NCBI GenBank assembly: GCA_965116905.1
Contig: OZ220732.1
Coordinates: 2,688,001-2,752,000 of the forward strand
Source: Longimicrobiales bacterium
GTDB taxonomy: Bacteria > Gemmatimonadota > Gemmatimonadetes > Longimicrobiales > Gaopeijiaceae
Length of the DNA: 64,000 bases
Direction: 5' to 3'
Shown: piece after piece, positions 18,573-26,938 of the stretch
Position numbering within the stretch: the stretch's first letter is position 1
Layout: each line of letters starts with the position of its first letter
Position numbers and translations under genes: made by a program
Notes under the pieces: model-generated
Databases searched by the model: none
What the model was told of the DNA's origin: nothing
What the model saw: only the letters and a program-made list of their open reading frames with translations

Positions 18573-18830
18573 TCAGGCACCGTCGTGCTGCTTGATCCAA
18601 TCCCGCAGGGCGTGGTCGATCCGCGTCTGCCAGCCCCGGCCTCCGGCGCGAAAATGGTCGATGACCCCTTGGGACAACCGGATGGTGGTCGATACCTTCG
18701 GCCGCGCCTTTGGGGGACGGCCCCGGCGTACAGGCGCCTTGGCGAACTTCTCCGGCCAGCCGTCCTTCGAGAGATCGGGAGCGGTGTCGGGGTCAAAACC
18801 TCGGGCCGTAGAGGCGTCGTTCTCGTTCAT
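18573..18830 (-). CDS. brnA: BrnA family antitoxin
   Basis: RRGRPP, TIRLS...F...GRGWQTRID motifs; overlaps the toxin gene. Confidence 0.9.
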   Translation of the reverse strand: MNENDASTARGFDPDTAPDLSKDGWPEKFAKAPVRRGRPPKARPKVSTTIRLSQGVIDHFRAGGRGWQTRIDHALRDWIKQHDGA

Positions 18831-19062
18831 TGGCCCTCCTCATGCTGATGATCCTGTGTGCGTCGTCGCGGCGTGTCCAGACGAGTACCACCATCGCTTC
18901 GTCCAGAAAGCCGATGGTGATGTAGCGAACCTCGCCGTAGTCCTGTCGGTCGTCTTCAACGGTCAGCGTAGCGCCGGCGAACACCTCCTCCGCGTGGGCC
19001 ATGTCCAGCCCTCGGGCCTTGATCGTCTCCCCGCGCTTCGCCTCGTTGAATTCGACCCGCAT
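18793..19062 (-). CDS. brnT: BrnT family ribonuclease toxin
   Basis: EFNEAK, DDRQDYGEVRYITIG and RIISMRRANERE motifs. Confidence 0.92.
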   Translation of the reverse strand: MRVEFNEAKRGETIKARGLDMAHAEEVFAGATLTVEDDRQDYGEVRYITIGFLDEAMVVLVWTRRDDAHRIISMRRANERERRLYGPRF

Positions 19063-19067
19063 GATTA

Positions 19068-19094
19068 ATGTTACTACAGAAAATGGGCTGTCAA
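19068..19094 (-). promoter_or_regulatory. brnTA promoter/operator, probably leaderless
   Basis: Minus strand reads TTGACA-15 nt-TAACAT-5 nt-ATG, with near-palindrome TGTAGTAACA overlapping the -10. Confidence 0.6.
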
Positions 19095-19221
19095 GGACGG
19101 CGGGCGTCTGGTGTGGACGGCGGGAATGGACATATTCCCGGCTGGGCGGTGAAGTTGAGGAGGTGACCGACAGGAACGTCTCGACTCGCGGAGAGCCGTA
19201 TCTCGAAGGAATGGAGCGAAT

Positions 19222-19446
19222 ATGGCCAGCAGGATCGCAGCATGGACATTGGCGATGTCGGTAGTGTTCGGATGCACATCCTCGGAAGACCGAGCACGGG
19301 AGGAGCAGATTCGCGCTGCGGCAGACTCTGTGATTGCCGCGCGCGCAGAGCGGGAAGCGGCGGAGCGAGAGATGGCTGACGCGCGGAAGCGTGAAGCGCT
19401 AGCAACACGGGCGATGGAACCGGACGTGGAGTATGGCGGCGGCTAA
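19222..19446 (+). CDS. small putative lipoprotein or gene fragment
   Basis: Signal-like LAMSVVFGC followed by a coiled Ala/Glu/Arg stretch. Confidence 0.45.
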   Translation: MASRIAAWTLAMSVVFGCTSSEDRAREEQIRAAADSVIAARAEREAAEREMADARKREALATRAMEPDVEYGGG

Positions 19447-19585
19447 GTCGAACGCAGAGCCCGCGTCCGAGCAACCTGCGGATCCCGTCGACCAACTGGA
19501 AAGGCTCGGAAAGCTGCATGCGGCCGGTGTCCTTACTGAGGCGGAATTCTCGGCAAAAAAGGCCGAGATCCTAGCGCGCCTCTAA
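19433..19585 (+). CDS. SHOCT-domain micro-protein (50 aa), possibly a remnant
   Basis: Manual translation MAAAKSNAEPASEQPADPVDQLERLGKLHAAGVLTEAEFSAKKAEILARL; too short to appear in the ORF track. Confidence 0.7.
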   Translation: MAAAKSNAEPASEQPADPVDQLERLGKLHAAGVLTEAEFSAKKAEILARL

Positions 19586-19826
19586 CCCGTCCACACGGCT
19601 GGCGTGGATCGTGGGTACCAGAACAACTGAGGTGCTAGGTGCCAAAGCCACGCGAAGGACATGGCGTCGCCGATCCCAACACCCAAATGCCCTCCATTTG
19701 ACCCGGTTTTCCGGCTTTTTCAGCCCCGCAGACCCAGACACGCCCCAACAGCAAGAAGCGCAGATCGTGCAGTCCTGTATGAACTTGCGTGATTTCTTGC
19801 CGTGATTTCGCGTCCCGCGTGGAGGA

Positions 19827-19868
19827 TTTGGGAGCAGGAGGTCGCCGGTTCGAATCCGGCCGCCCCGA
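19827..19868 (+). repeat. attR-like copy of the tRNA-Pro 3' half
   Basis: Identical to 15028-15069 and begins at the first base of the anticodon loop. Confidence 0.93.
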
Positions 19869-19891
19869 TTGGAGTTACGCCGGGGCAGGCG

Positions 19892-20000
19892 CCTTCGGCC
19901 GTGCCTTGGGGGGACGCCCCCGACGGACGGGTGCCTTGGCGAACTTCTCCGGCCAGCCGTCCTTCGAAAGATCGGGAGCGGTGTCGGGGTCAAAACCCCG
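19892..20000 (-). pseudogene. brnA antitoxin N-terminal/middle fragment
   Basis: Translates RGFDPDTAPDLSKDGWPEKFAKAPVRRGRPPKARPK, matching the intact BrnA. Confidence 0.8.
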
Positions 20001-20162
20001 CAAGACCGATTGGGCCGAGTTCGTTCGGGCACGTGCGGCCAGCAGCCGCGATTCTCAAGCAGCTCACTTGCTTGGCGCGCGACGGGCGACCCAGATTGAC
20101 CTTCACAACCCTGTTCGGCGCTGAGCGAGCCCGAATCGAACTGAACTCCTGATGACGCGGGA

Positions 20163-23100
20163 GTGTTGATCATGCGGGGGTCCAGAAGATCGAGACCCGC
20201 GGCGAGACTTCTCGATCTCCAGATCCTCGCATGTGCGGCGTCGCTATCCTGCGGCGACGCTGCCACCGAACCACAGCCACCCATCGATCCGCCAAGGCCG
20301 ACAACGGTGACCGTTGCCCCGGCGACTGCCGAACTCACTGCGTTCGAGGCGACAGTTCAGTTGACGGCGGTGGTTTTCGACCAGAACATGCAGCCGATCG
20401 CCGGCGCCGCCGTGACCTGGGCGAGTAGCGATGCTGCGATAGCGGCTGTGGCCGGGGCAGGGCTCGTGACGGCGGTGGGCAACGGCTCGGCCATCGTCAC
20501 GGCGACATCCGGCGCGGCGTCCGGGAACGCAGCGGTGACGGTGGCCCAGGAGGTCGCGGAGGTGGACCTGCAGCCCGCCGCCGACACCCTTGTCGCCGGT
20601 GACACGCTACGGTTGGGGGCTTCGGCCACTGATGCGAATGGCTATGCGGTGGAAGGGGCAGCGTTCGCGTGGGCGTCGGGCGACACTGCGGTAGCGCGGG
20701 TCGATGGCTCGGGCCTGGTGACGGGGATCGCGCCTGGCAGGGCGGCCCTGACCGCTGCGTCGGGTCGGGTGACGGGGGAGGCGCAGCTGACGGTCCTGGC
20801 GCGTGTTGCGTCTGTGATCGTAACCCCGGAACAGGTGTCGCTCACGGCGCTGGGCGACACGGTCCGGCTGTCGGTCGAGTTGCGGGACCGGAGCGGGCGT
20901 GTGTTGCCGGGTGCGGACGTTGCTTGGGCAAGCGCGGACACGATGGTGGCGACGGTCGATTCGGCGGGGTTGGTCACGGCGGCCGGGGTGGGAGAAACGA
21001 GGGTGACGGTGGCCGCGGGCGGGGTCTCAGGCGAAGCCCACGTGTCGGTGACCCAGTCGACGCACTCGGTGGCCGTGTCGCCGGCGGCCGACACGATCGT
21101 CCACGGGGACACGCTTCGGTTGTCGGCACAGGTGTCGGACGCCAACGGGTACCCGGTGGCGGGGCCGGAGTTCAGCTGGTCGTCGAGCGACATCTCGGTG
21201 GCGACGGTGGACGCGTCGGGACTTGTCCGGGGCGTCTCCGAGGGCAGGACGACGATCACCGTCATGGCGGGAGATGCCCGCGGAACCTCGGAAATCCTGG
21301 TGGCGAGCCCGGACTGGGTTGGGCTTGCGGCTTTTTACAACGCGACGAACGGTCCGGACTGGGCCGACAACGAGAACTGGCTGACCGACACTCCAGTGGG
21401 ACGATGGCACGGAGTGGAAACAAATGACGACGGACGCATCACCCGACTGGTCCTTCCAGGGAACCTTCTGCAGGGCACTCTCCCCACTGAACTCGAATAC
21501 CTGACCCACCTGGAGACACTGAATCTCCGGGAGAACCGGCTCACAGGCACTCTGCCGGCGGAGATCGGCAACGCTACCCGTCTTCGAGAAATCGATCTGG
21601 GCCATACCCAACTCGACGGTACGATTCCGGCCACTCTGGGTCGGCTTGTGGATCTGCGCCGCCTGAACTTCGAGTACGCGGAGTTCAGCGGACCGATTCC
21701 CCCCGAACTGGGGGCGCTCACCGAACTTGGTTTCCTGAACCTCTACCAGAACCAGCTGAGCGGTCAGCTGCCCGCGGCACTCGCCGGTCTCCGCAGCCTT
21801 CGAACCGTCTACATCGACGAGAATCGACTCACCGGGTCCATCCCCTCGACGTTCACGCAATTGGAAGACGTAGAGACCTTCTACTGGGGCAGCAACGAGG
21901 GGCTTTGCGCTCCGGGAACGACGGACTTCGAAACATGGCGCAGCACGCGAGACATGCAGGGACCGCGCTGCAACGAAGGAGACGCGGACGCCCTCAAGCG
22001 CTTCTACCTTGCCACCAACGGGGCGAACTGGACCCGCTCCAAGGGCTGGCTGGAGGCCGCGGCGCTTGACCAGTGGCACGGGATCGACACCGACTCGCTC
22101 GGGCATGTCACGGTCCTTGATCTGTCGAACAACGGGTTGCAGGGCCCCCTGCCGCCGCAGGTCGCGGAACTGGGCCGGCTATCAGTGCTTCGAGTTGGCG
22201 ACAACGCCCTTGCAGGTCGCATCCCGCAGGTCCTCGCCAACCTCTCACTGGAAGAGTTCCGCTACGGTGACACGGAGCTGTGTGTCCCCCAATCCGTGAC
22301 CTTCCAGCGGTGGCTGGCCGCGATTGCCTTCCGGGAGGGTACGGATGAGGAATGTGCGCCGCTCTCCGTCCGTGAGATTCTCGAGCTTCTGTACCACGCG
22401 ACGGGTGGAGAGGAATGGTGGCAACGCGACAAATGGCTGACGGACGCTCCGCTCGCACACTGGTACGGCGTGACGACGGACAGCGACGGAACTGTCGTCG
22501 AACTGGCACTCTACGGGAACAACCTGCGGGGCCCGGTGCCGCCCGAGCTCGCAGGCCTCACTACCCTGCGCTTGCTGGATCTCTCCAACAACTGGCTGAG
22601 CGGACGGGTTCCTCCCGACCTGGGTTATGTGGACACCCTCGAAGAGATCTACCTGGAGAGCAATCTGCTCACCGGGCCGATCCCCGCCGAGTTGGGTGCC
22701 CTCTCGGCTCTGACGAGCCTGTATCTGCACGACAACAGCCTGGAGGGAGCCATACCCCCGGAACTGGGTCGCCTGTCGACTCTCCAGGATCTGCGCATCA
22801 GCCAGAACAGGCTGACGGGCCGGATTCCTCCGGAACTGGGCAATCTGTCCGCCGTGCGAATCATCTGGATGGATGAGAATGAGCTTGAGGGTGAAATACC
22901 GCCGGAGCTGGCCAACCTCTCCTCGGTACGCTTCCTCTACGCAGGATTCAACGAACTGTCCGGGGCGATCCCGCCCGAGCTTGGCAACCTGAGGTCCATC
23001 ACCGACCTCGCTTTTGACGGCAACGACCTGAGCGGGCCGATCCCCGGCGAACTGGGCGACATCGCAAGCTTGACCGGAGAACTCAACCTGCGGGAGAACA

Positions 23101-24914
23101 ACCTGTCCGGAGAGATCCCGGACGAATTGGGCAACCTTGTGGCCCTGCGGAAGTTGAGGCTCGGTTCCAACCACTTGTCCGGGCCCGTCCCTCCCGAACT
23201 GGGGCGCATGCGCCGCCTCGAGTGGCTGGACCTGTCGGACAATCTGACACTGGCCGGCCCGCTGCCCTCGACCTTCGCAAACCTGCGTGAACTCACACGC
23301 TTCGAGGGAAAGGGTACCAAGCTCTGCCTGGCGAACGATTCGCCCCTTGCCGATCCGTCTGCGGCTCGGCGTTTCCGAATGCCTCTCTGCGATCCGCCTG
23401 CGGCGCGTTCCAGTGCGTACCTTGTGCAGAGCATTCAGTCGGCGTCGTACCCGGTCTCGCTAGTGGCCGGCGAGGATGCGCTGCTGCGGGTGTTCCCGAT
23501 TTCCCCGCACAGCACGGAAGCTCACATCCCGCCAGCACGGGCAACCTTCTTCGTCGGGGGGGCGGAGGTGCACGCGGTCGATATTCCCGGCAAGTCCATG
23601 CCCATTCCGACCGAACTCGGCGAGGCGGAAGCCTCTCTTGATCGATCCGCCAACGTCCGCGTCCCCGCGTCCGTGGTGCGTCCGGGTCTCGAGATGGTTG
23701 TCGACATCGACCCGGCCGGGGTGCTGGATCCAGGTCTGGGCGTGGCGCGCCGCATTCCCGAGTCGGGTCGCATGCCGGTGCTTGTCGAGGCGATGCCGAC
23801 ACTCGATCTGACCCTGGTTCCCTTCATCTGGGACAGCCGGCCCGATTCCACAGCCGTGCACCTCGTCGCCGAAATGGCACAGGACCCGGGAGGGCACCGG
23901 CTGCTGTCGGACACCCGGACCATGCTGCCTGTCGGAGACATCGCCGTTACTGCCCACTCACCGGTTCGCACGTCGGCCAACGACTCGGACGCTCTCCTCG
24001 ACGAGGTCACTGTGATCCGCGCGCTCGAAGGCGGAACAGGCTATTTCATGGCCGCCCTTTCGGGCGAGGCTGCAGGGGCGTGGGGCGTTGCCTGGATCGA
24101 CGGATGGACCAGCTACGTGCGGCTCGGGATCGTGGACCAGGCGGAGGAGGCGCTCACCATCGCGCACGAACTCGGCCACAGCATGAGCCTCTACCACGCC
24201 CCGTGCGGAGTGAGTGCGGTGGTGGACAGGGCATACCCTTATCCGGACGGACAGACTGGAAGTTGGGGCCTCGACGTTCGTTCGGGTAGCGGTGTCCTGG
24301 TGCCCCCAACGTGGACGGACCTGATGTCCTACTGCACGCCGGCGTGGGTGAGCGAATACAATTTCCATCTCGCGATGAACCACCGCTTGAAACGGGAGGC
24401 GTCGGCGGCTCTCGCCGTGGCGTCCGGTCCCGCCCTTCTGGTCTGGGGCGGCGTCGATGACGAAGGCGCGCCCTACCTGAATCCGGCGTTCGCAGTGGAT
24501 GCCCCACCCTCGCTGCCCGCGCGGGGCGGCGAACATCAAGTGCTGGGCCGCGCTGCCGATGGGGAGGTGCTGTTTTCCTTCAGCTTCGACATGAGGCCGA
24601 TGGCCGACACACAAGGGCGAGCCGGGTTCGCCTACACCATACCTTCCAGTCCCGAATGGCTCGGCACGCTGGCGGAAATCGAGCTGACCGGTCCCGCGGG
24701 ATCAGCCACCATCGACGAAACGACGAATCGCCCCGCGGTGATCGTTCGGGACCCGACCACGGGCAGTATACAGGCGATTCTCCGGGGTGAATCCGCCATC
24801 GATACCGCCGCGGTCGCCGACGGCGCGCCCGGCTCCTGGGTGACGGGACCGGATCTGGAGGTTCTCTTCAGTCGCGGTCTGCCATATGTCGTAGGGCGGT
24901 CAGCGCGAAGATGA
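20163..24914 (+). CDS. large surface lipoprotein: Ig-like (BIG2) repeats + LRR blocks + zinc metalloprotease domain
   Basis: Signal ending SLSC; four VTVxP...W[AS]SxD...VD..GLV repeats; three FYxATxG..W LRR caps with LxxNxLxGxIPxELG repeats; HELGHSMSLYHAPC and DLMSYC (Met-turn). Start may be ATG 20172. Confidence 0.88.
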   Translation: MLIMRGSRRSRPAARLLDLQILACAASLSCGDAATEPQPPIDPPRPTTVTVAPATAELTAFEATVQLTAVVFDQNMQPIAGAAVTWASSDAAIAAVAGAGLVTAVGNGSAIVTATSGAASGNAAVTVAQEVAEVDLQPAADTLVAGDTLRLGASATDANGYAVEGAAFAWASGDTAVARVDGSGLVTGIAPGRAALTAASGRVTGEAQLTVLARVASVIVTPEQVSLTALGDTVRLSVELRDRSGRVLPGADVAWASADTMVATVDSAGLVTAAGVGETRVTVAAGGVSGEAHVSVTQSTHSVAVSPAADTIVHGDTLRLSAQVSDANGYPVAGPEFSWSSSDISVATVDASGLVRGVSEGRTTITVMAGDARGTSEILVASPDWVGLAAFYNATNGPDWADNENWLTDTPVGRWHGVETNDDGRITRLVLPGNLLQGTLPTELEYLTHLETLNLRENRLTGTLPAEIGNATRLREIDLGHTQLDGTIPATLGRLVDLRRLNFEYAEFSGPIPPELGALTELGFLNLYQNQLSGQLPAALAGLRSLRTVYIDENRLTGSIPSTFTQLEDVETFYWGSNEGLCAPGTTDFETWRSTRDMQGPRCNEGDADALKRFYLATNGANWTRSKGWLEAAALDQWHGIDTDSLGHVTVLDLSNNGLQGPLPPQVAELGRLSVLRVGDNALAGRIPQVLANLSLEEFRYGDTELCVPQSVTFQRWLAAIAFREGTDEECAPLSVREILELLYHATGGEEWWQRDKWLTDAPLAHWYGVTTDSDGTVVELALYGNNLRGPVPPELAGLTTLRLLDLSNNWLSGRVPPDLGYVDTLEEIYLESNLLTGPIPAELGALSALTSLYLHDNSLEGAIPPELGRLSTLQDLRISQNRLTGRIPPELGNLSAVRIIWMDENELEGEIPPELANLSSVRFLYAGFNELSGAIPPELGNLRSITDLAFDGNDLSGPIPGELGDIASLTGELNLRENNLSGEIPDELGNLVALRKLRLGSNHLSGPVPPELGRMRRLEWLDLSDNLTLAGPLPSTFANLRELTRFEGKGTKLCLANDSPLADPSAARRFRMPLCDPPAARSSAYLVQSIQSASYPVSLVAGEDALLRVFPISPHSTEAHIPPARATFFVGGAEVHAVDIPGKSMPIPTELGEAEASLDRSANVRVPASVVRPGLEMVVDIDPAGVLDPGLGVARRIPESGRMPVLVEAMPTLDLTLVPFIWDSRPDSTAVHLVAEMAQDPGGHRLLSDTRTMLPVGDIAVTAHSPVRTSANDSDALLDEVTVIRALEGGTGYFMAALSGEAAGAWGVAWIDGWTSYVRLGIVDQAEEALTIAHELGHSMSLYHAPCGVSAVVDRAYPYPDGQTGSWGLDVRSGSGVLVPPTWTDLMSYCTPAWVSEYNFHLAMNHRLKREASAALAVASGPALLVWGGVDDEGAPYLNPAFAVDAPPSLPARGGEHQVLGRAADGEVLFSFSFDMRPMADTQGRAGFAYTIPSSPEWLGTLAEIELTGPAGSATIDETTNRPAVIVRDPTTGSIQAILRGESAIDTAAVADGAPGSWVTGPDLEVLFSRGLPYVVGRSARR

Positions 24915-24969
24915 AGAAGCGCGGATCGTGCAGTCCCCGTTAATGTTGCTACAGGAGCTCGACCGTCAG
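24914..24969. repeat. remnant of the islet end and brnTA promoter
   Basis: 24914-24936 matches 19753-19775 at 22/23; 24940-24954 matches 19065-19079 at 14/15. Confidence 0.7.
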
Positions 24970-25014
24970 GGGCGGTCACGCCCGCACTCCGCAACTTGAG
25001 ACATCCAGGACAAG

Positions 25015-26262
25015 ATGCCCGAGCACCGCCAAGCCATCCGGACGCTGACCCTCTTCACGCTCACCGCCTGGGGCGCGCTGGGCGCCCTGGGCTGCGAATC
25101 CTCCGCGCCGGCTGCAACCGCAACCGTCTTCGACAGCGCCGGCGTAACGGTCGCCGATCTCGGCCCCGAGCCGCTGGAATGGGCGGAGCGCCGCGCCCTG
25201 GCCAACGAGCCCGACCTGATCATACAAAGTGACGAGGACGACGGCGGCTCCGTGTTCTCCGACGTACGAGATGTGGAAGTGCTGTCGGGCGGCCGCGTTG
25301 CGGTGATCAACGGCAGCGGCAACGATATCCTGGTGTTCGACGTAGCCGGGAAGCACGTCGCCACGTGGGGCGGGACCGGGGACGGGCCCGGAGAGTTCCG
25401 GTACCTCGAATGGCTGGCCTTGTTGCCCCCCGATTCCCTTGCGGCGGGTGACGCGGGCCTGCGGCGCGTCACCATCTTCGACTCCGAGGGTGAATTCGCG
25501 CGCAGCTTCGCGACCGCGAGCGCCTTCGATCCGGCCTTCCGGCCCATTCCTCCGCGACCTCTGGGGTTGCTTGCGGACGGCTCCGTGATCGCCGCGTTCT
25601 TCGACCGGCCCCCTGCGGCGGAGGGTACCGCGCGCCCGGCGGTCGAGATCGTTGCAGCATCCGCCACCGGCGACACGGTGCACGCGTTGGGGACCTGGCC
25701 CGGTGAGGAACTTTCCCTCTTCAGCCAGGACGGGCTGCTGCAGGTCACTCAGCCCCCGTTCGGCCGACGCCTTCATATTGCGTCCGCGCCGGAGGGCGTC
25801 TGGATCGCCGACGACGATCGGTGGCAGCTGCGCATGTACTCTGCCCACGGCGTGCTACGAATGATTGTCCGGTCGTCCGCCGATCCCATGGCGGTGACCG
25901 ACCAGCTCCTCGAGGCGTGGATCAGCGCGCGGTATCGGCATGCCGCCCAGGTTCCCACCCTGGAGGACCTGAAGCGCGACCAGCGGGAGATCGCCCGGCA
26001 CACAACGACTCCGAGCTTCGGCGTGATCCGAGGCACGACCGGGGGTGGCGTGGCCATCGGCGAGTTCATGCTCGACACGACGTCGCCGCGGGTGTGGATC
26101 ACGGTGGATTCCGACGGGGCCGTCAGCGCGATCGAACTCCCGGCCGGTTTCGACGTGAAGCGGTGGGGACCGGACTGGGTCATCGGCGTCGTGCGCGACG
26201 CGCTCGACCGCGAGGAGATCCGTCGCTATCGGATCCTGGCCAACGCGGCGGTGGAGGACTGA
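25015..26262 (+). CDS. secreted lipoprotein, 6-bladed beta-propeller-like
   Basis: Lipobox LGALGC; DSAGVTV, GTGDGPGEFR and DSLAAGD motifs; ends RDALDREEIRRY. Confidence 0.75.
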   Translation: MPEHRQAIRTLTLFTLTAWGALGALGCESSAPAATATVFDSAGVTVADLGPEPLEWAERRALANEPDLIIQSDEDDGGSVFSDVRDVEVLSGGRVAVINGSGNDILVFDVAGKHVATWGGTGDGPGEFRYLEWLALLPPDSLAAGDAGLRRVTIFDSEGEFARSFATASAFDPAFRPIPPRPLGLLADGSVIAAFFDRPPAAEGTARPAVEIVAASATGDTVHALGTWPGEELSLFSQDGLLQVTQPPFGRRLHIASAPEGVWIADDDRWQLRMYSAHGVLRMIVRSSADPMAVTDQLLEAWISARYRHAAQVPTLEDLKRDQREIARHTTTPSFGVIRGTTGGGVAIGEFMLDTTSPRVWITVDSDGAVSAIELPAGFDVKRWGPDWVIGVVRDALDREEIRRYRILANAAVED

Positions 26263-26293
26263 CCCACGGGCACCACGTCGGCGTGGCCGGTGC

Positions 26294-26938
26294 TCACCCG
26301 GGACCGGGATCGCTGACGGCCAGCTGACCGTTCTCGTGGGGGGATACCAGAATCACATCCCCGGGATCGGCGGATATCCGGGTGCGCAGCGTCGTGGCGA
26401 GGTCCCGGGGGGCATCCGCGGCATCCGGGGCATCCGGGGCATCCGGGGCATCCGGGGCATCCGGGGCATCCGGGGCATCCGCGGCATCGGGGGGCGAGTC
26501 CCGCGCCGGCGCGTCCGCGACCGCGCGTTCGGGATCCGGCGGCGGTTCGGGGAGGAATGCAACCTCCAGCGCGTAGCTGCCGGAGGGTATCCGGAAGCTG
26601 CTGAAAATCGTGATCGTGCGGGCCCGGGGGCCGGACCTCACAATCGGTTCGGAGAGCAGCGTATCTCCGTCCAGCCCGATCGTGAGCCGGAAGGGAATCG
26701 CCTCGTCCGTGCAAACCTCGGTGGGGCGCATGTGCGGGAGCACACCCCTCAACTCCGCTTCGGTGGGCGGTCGGCATTCCTGCCGCGCAGGGGCGGGGAA
26801 GCGCCACGACAGTCGCAGTTCGGCAATGTCCGGATCCGCGCTCTGCCAGGCGACGCGGGACAGGACGACCGTTCCCAACACGATGCCGACGGCGCACAAC
26901 GCGCCCACGACGTGGCGGCCGAGGGTTCTCGTCGTCAT
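26294..26938 (-). CDS. membrane-anchored hypothetical protein coupled to the cytochrome b fusion
   Basis: ATGA overlap at 26935-26938, N-terminal TM helix, LRLSWR...ECR...HMR..EVC segment and a (PDA)n linker. Confidence 0.75.
   Translation of the reverse strand: MTTRTLGRHVVGALCAVGIVLGTVVLSRVAWQSADPDIAELRLSWRFPAPARQECRPPTEAELRGVLPHMRPTEVCTDEAIPFRLTIGLDGDTLLSEPIVRSGPRARTITIFSSFRIPSGSYALEVAFLPEPPPDPERAVADAPARDSPPDAADAPDAPDAPDAPDAPDAPDAADAPRDLATTLRTRISADPGDVILVSPHENGQLAVSDPGPG
26411..26491. repeat. 9 x 9-bp tandem repeat GGCATCCGS encoding PDA/ADA
   Basis: Units every 9 bp from 26411 to 26483. Confidence 0.9.

Larger units (their letters stand above)
15028..19868. mobile_element. tRNA-Pro-integrated genomic islet without a visible integrase
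   Basis: Identical 42-bp direct repeat (tRNA 3' half) at 15028-15069 and 19827-19868, enclosing a TA system and cargo genes. Confidence 0.85.

Noticed and set aside
19827..19868. Second tRNA-Pro gene
   Set aside because: Only the 3' half is present, with no 5' acceptor strand or D arm; treated as attR.
15070..26262. Prophage or integron
   Set aside because: No integrase, structural or replication genes, and no recurring attC-like sites between the cargo genes.
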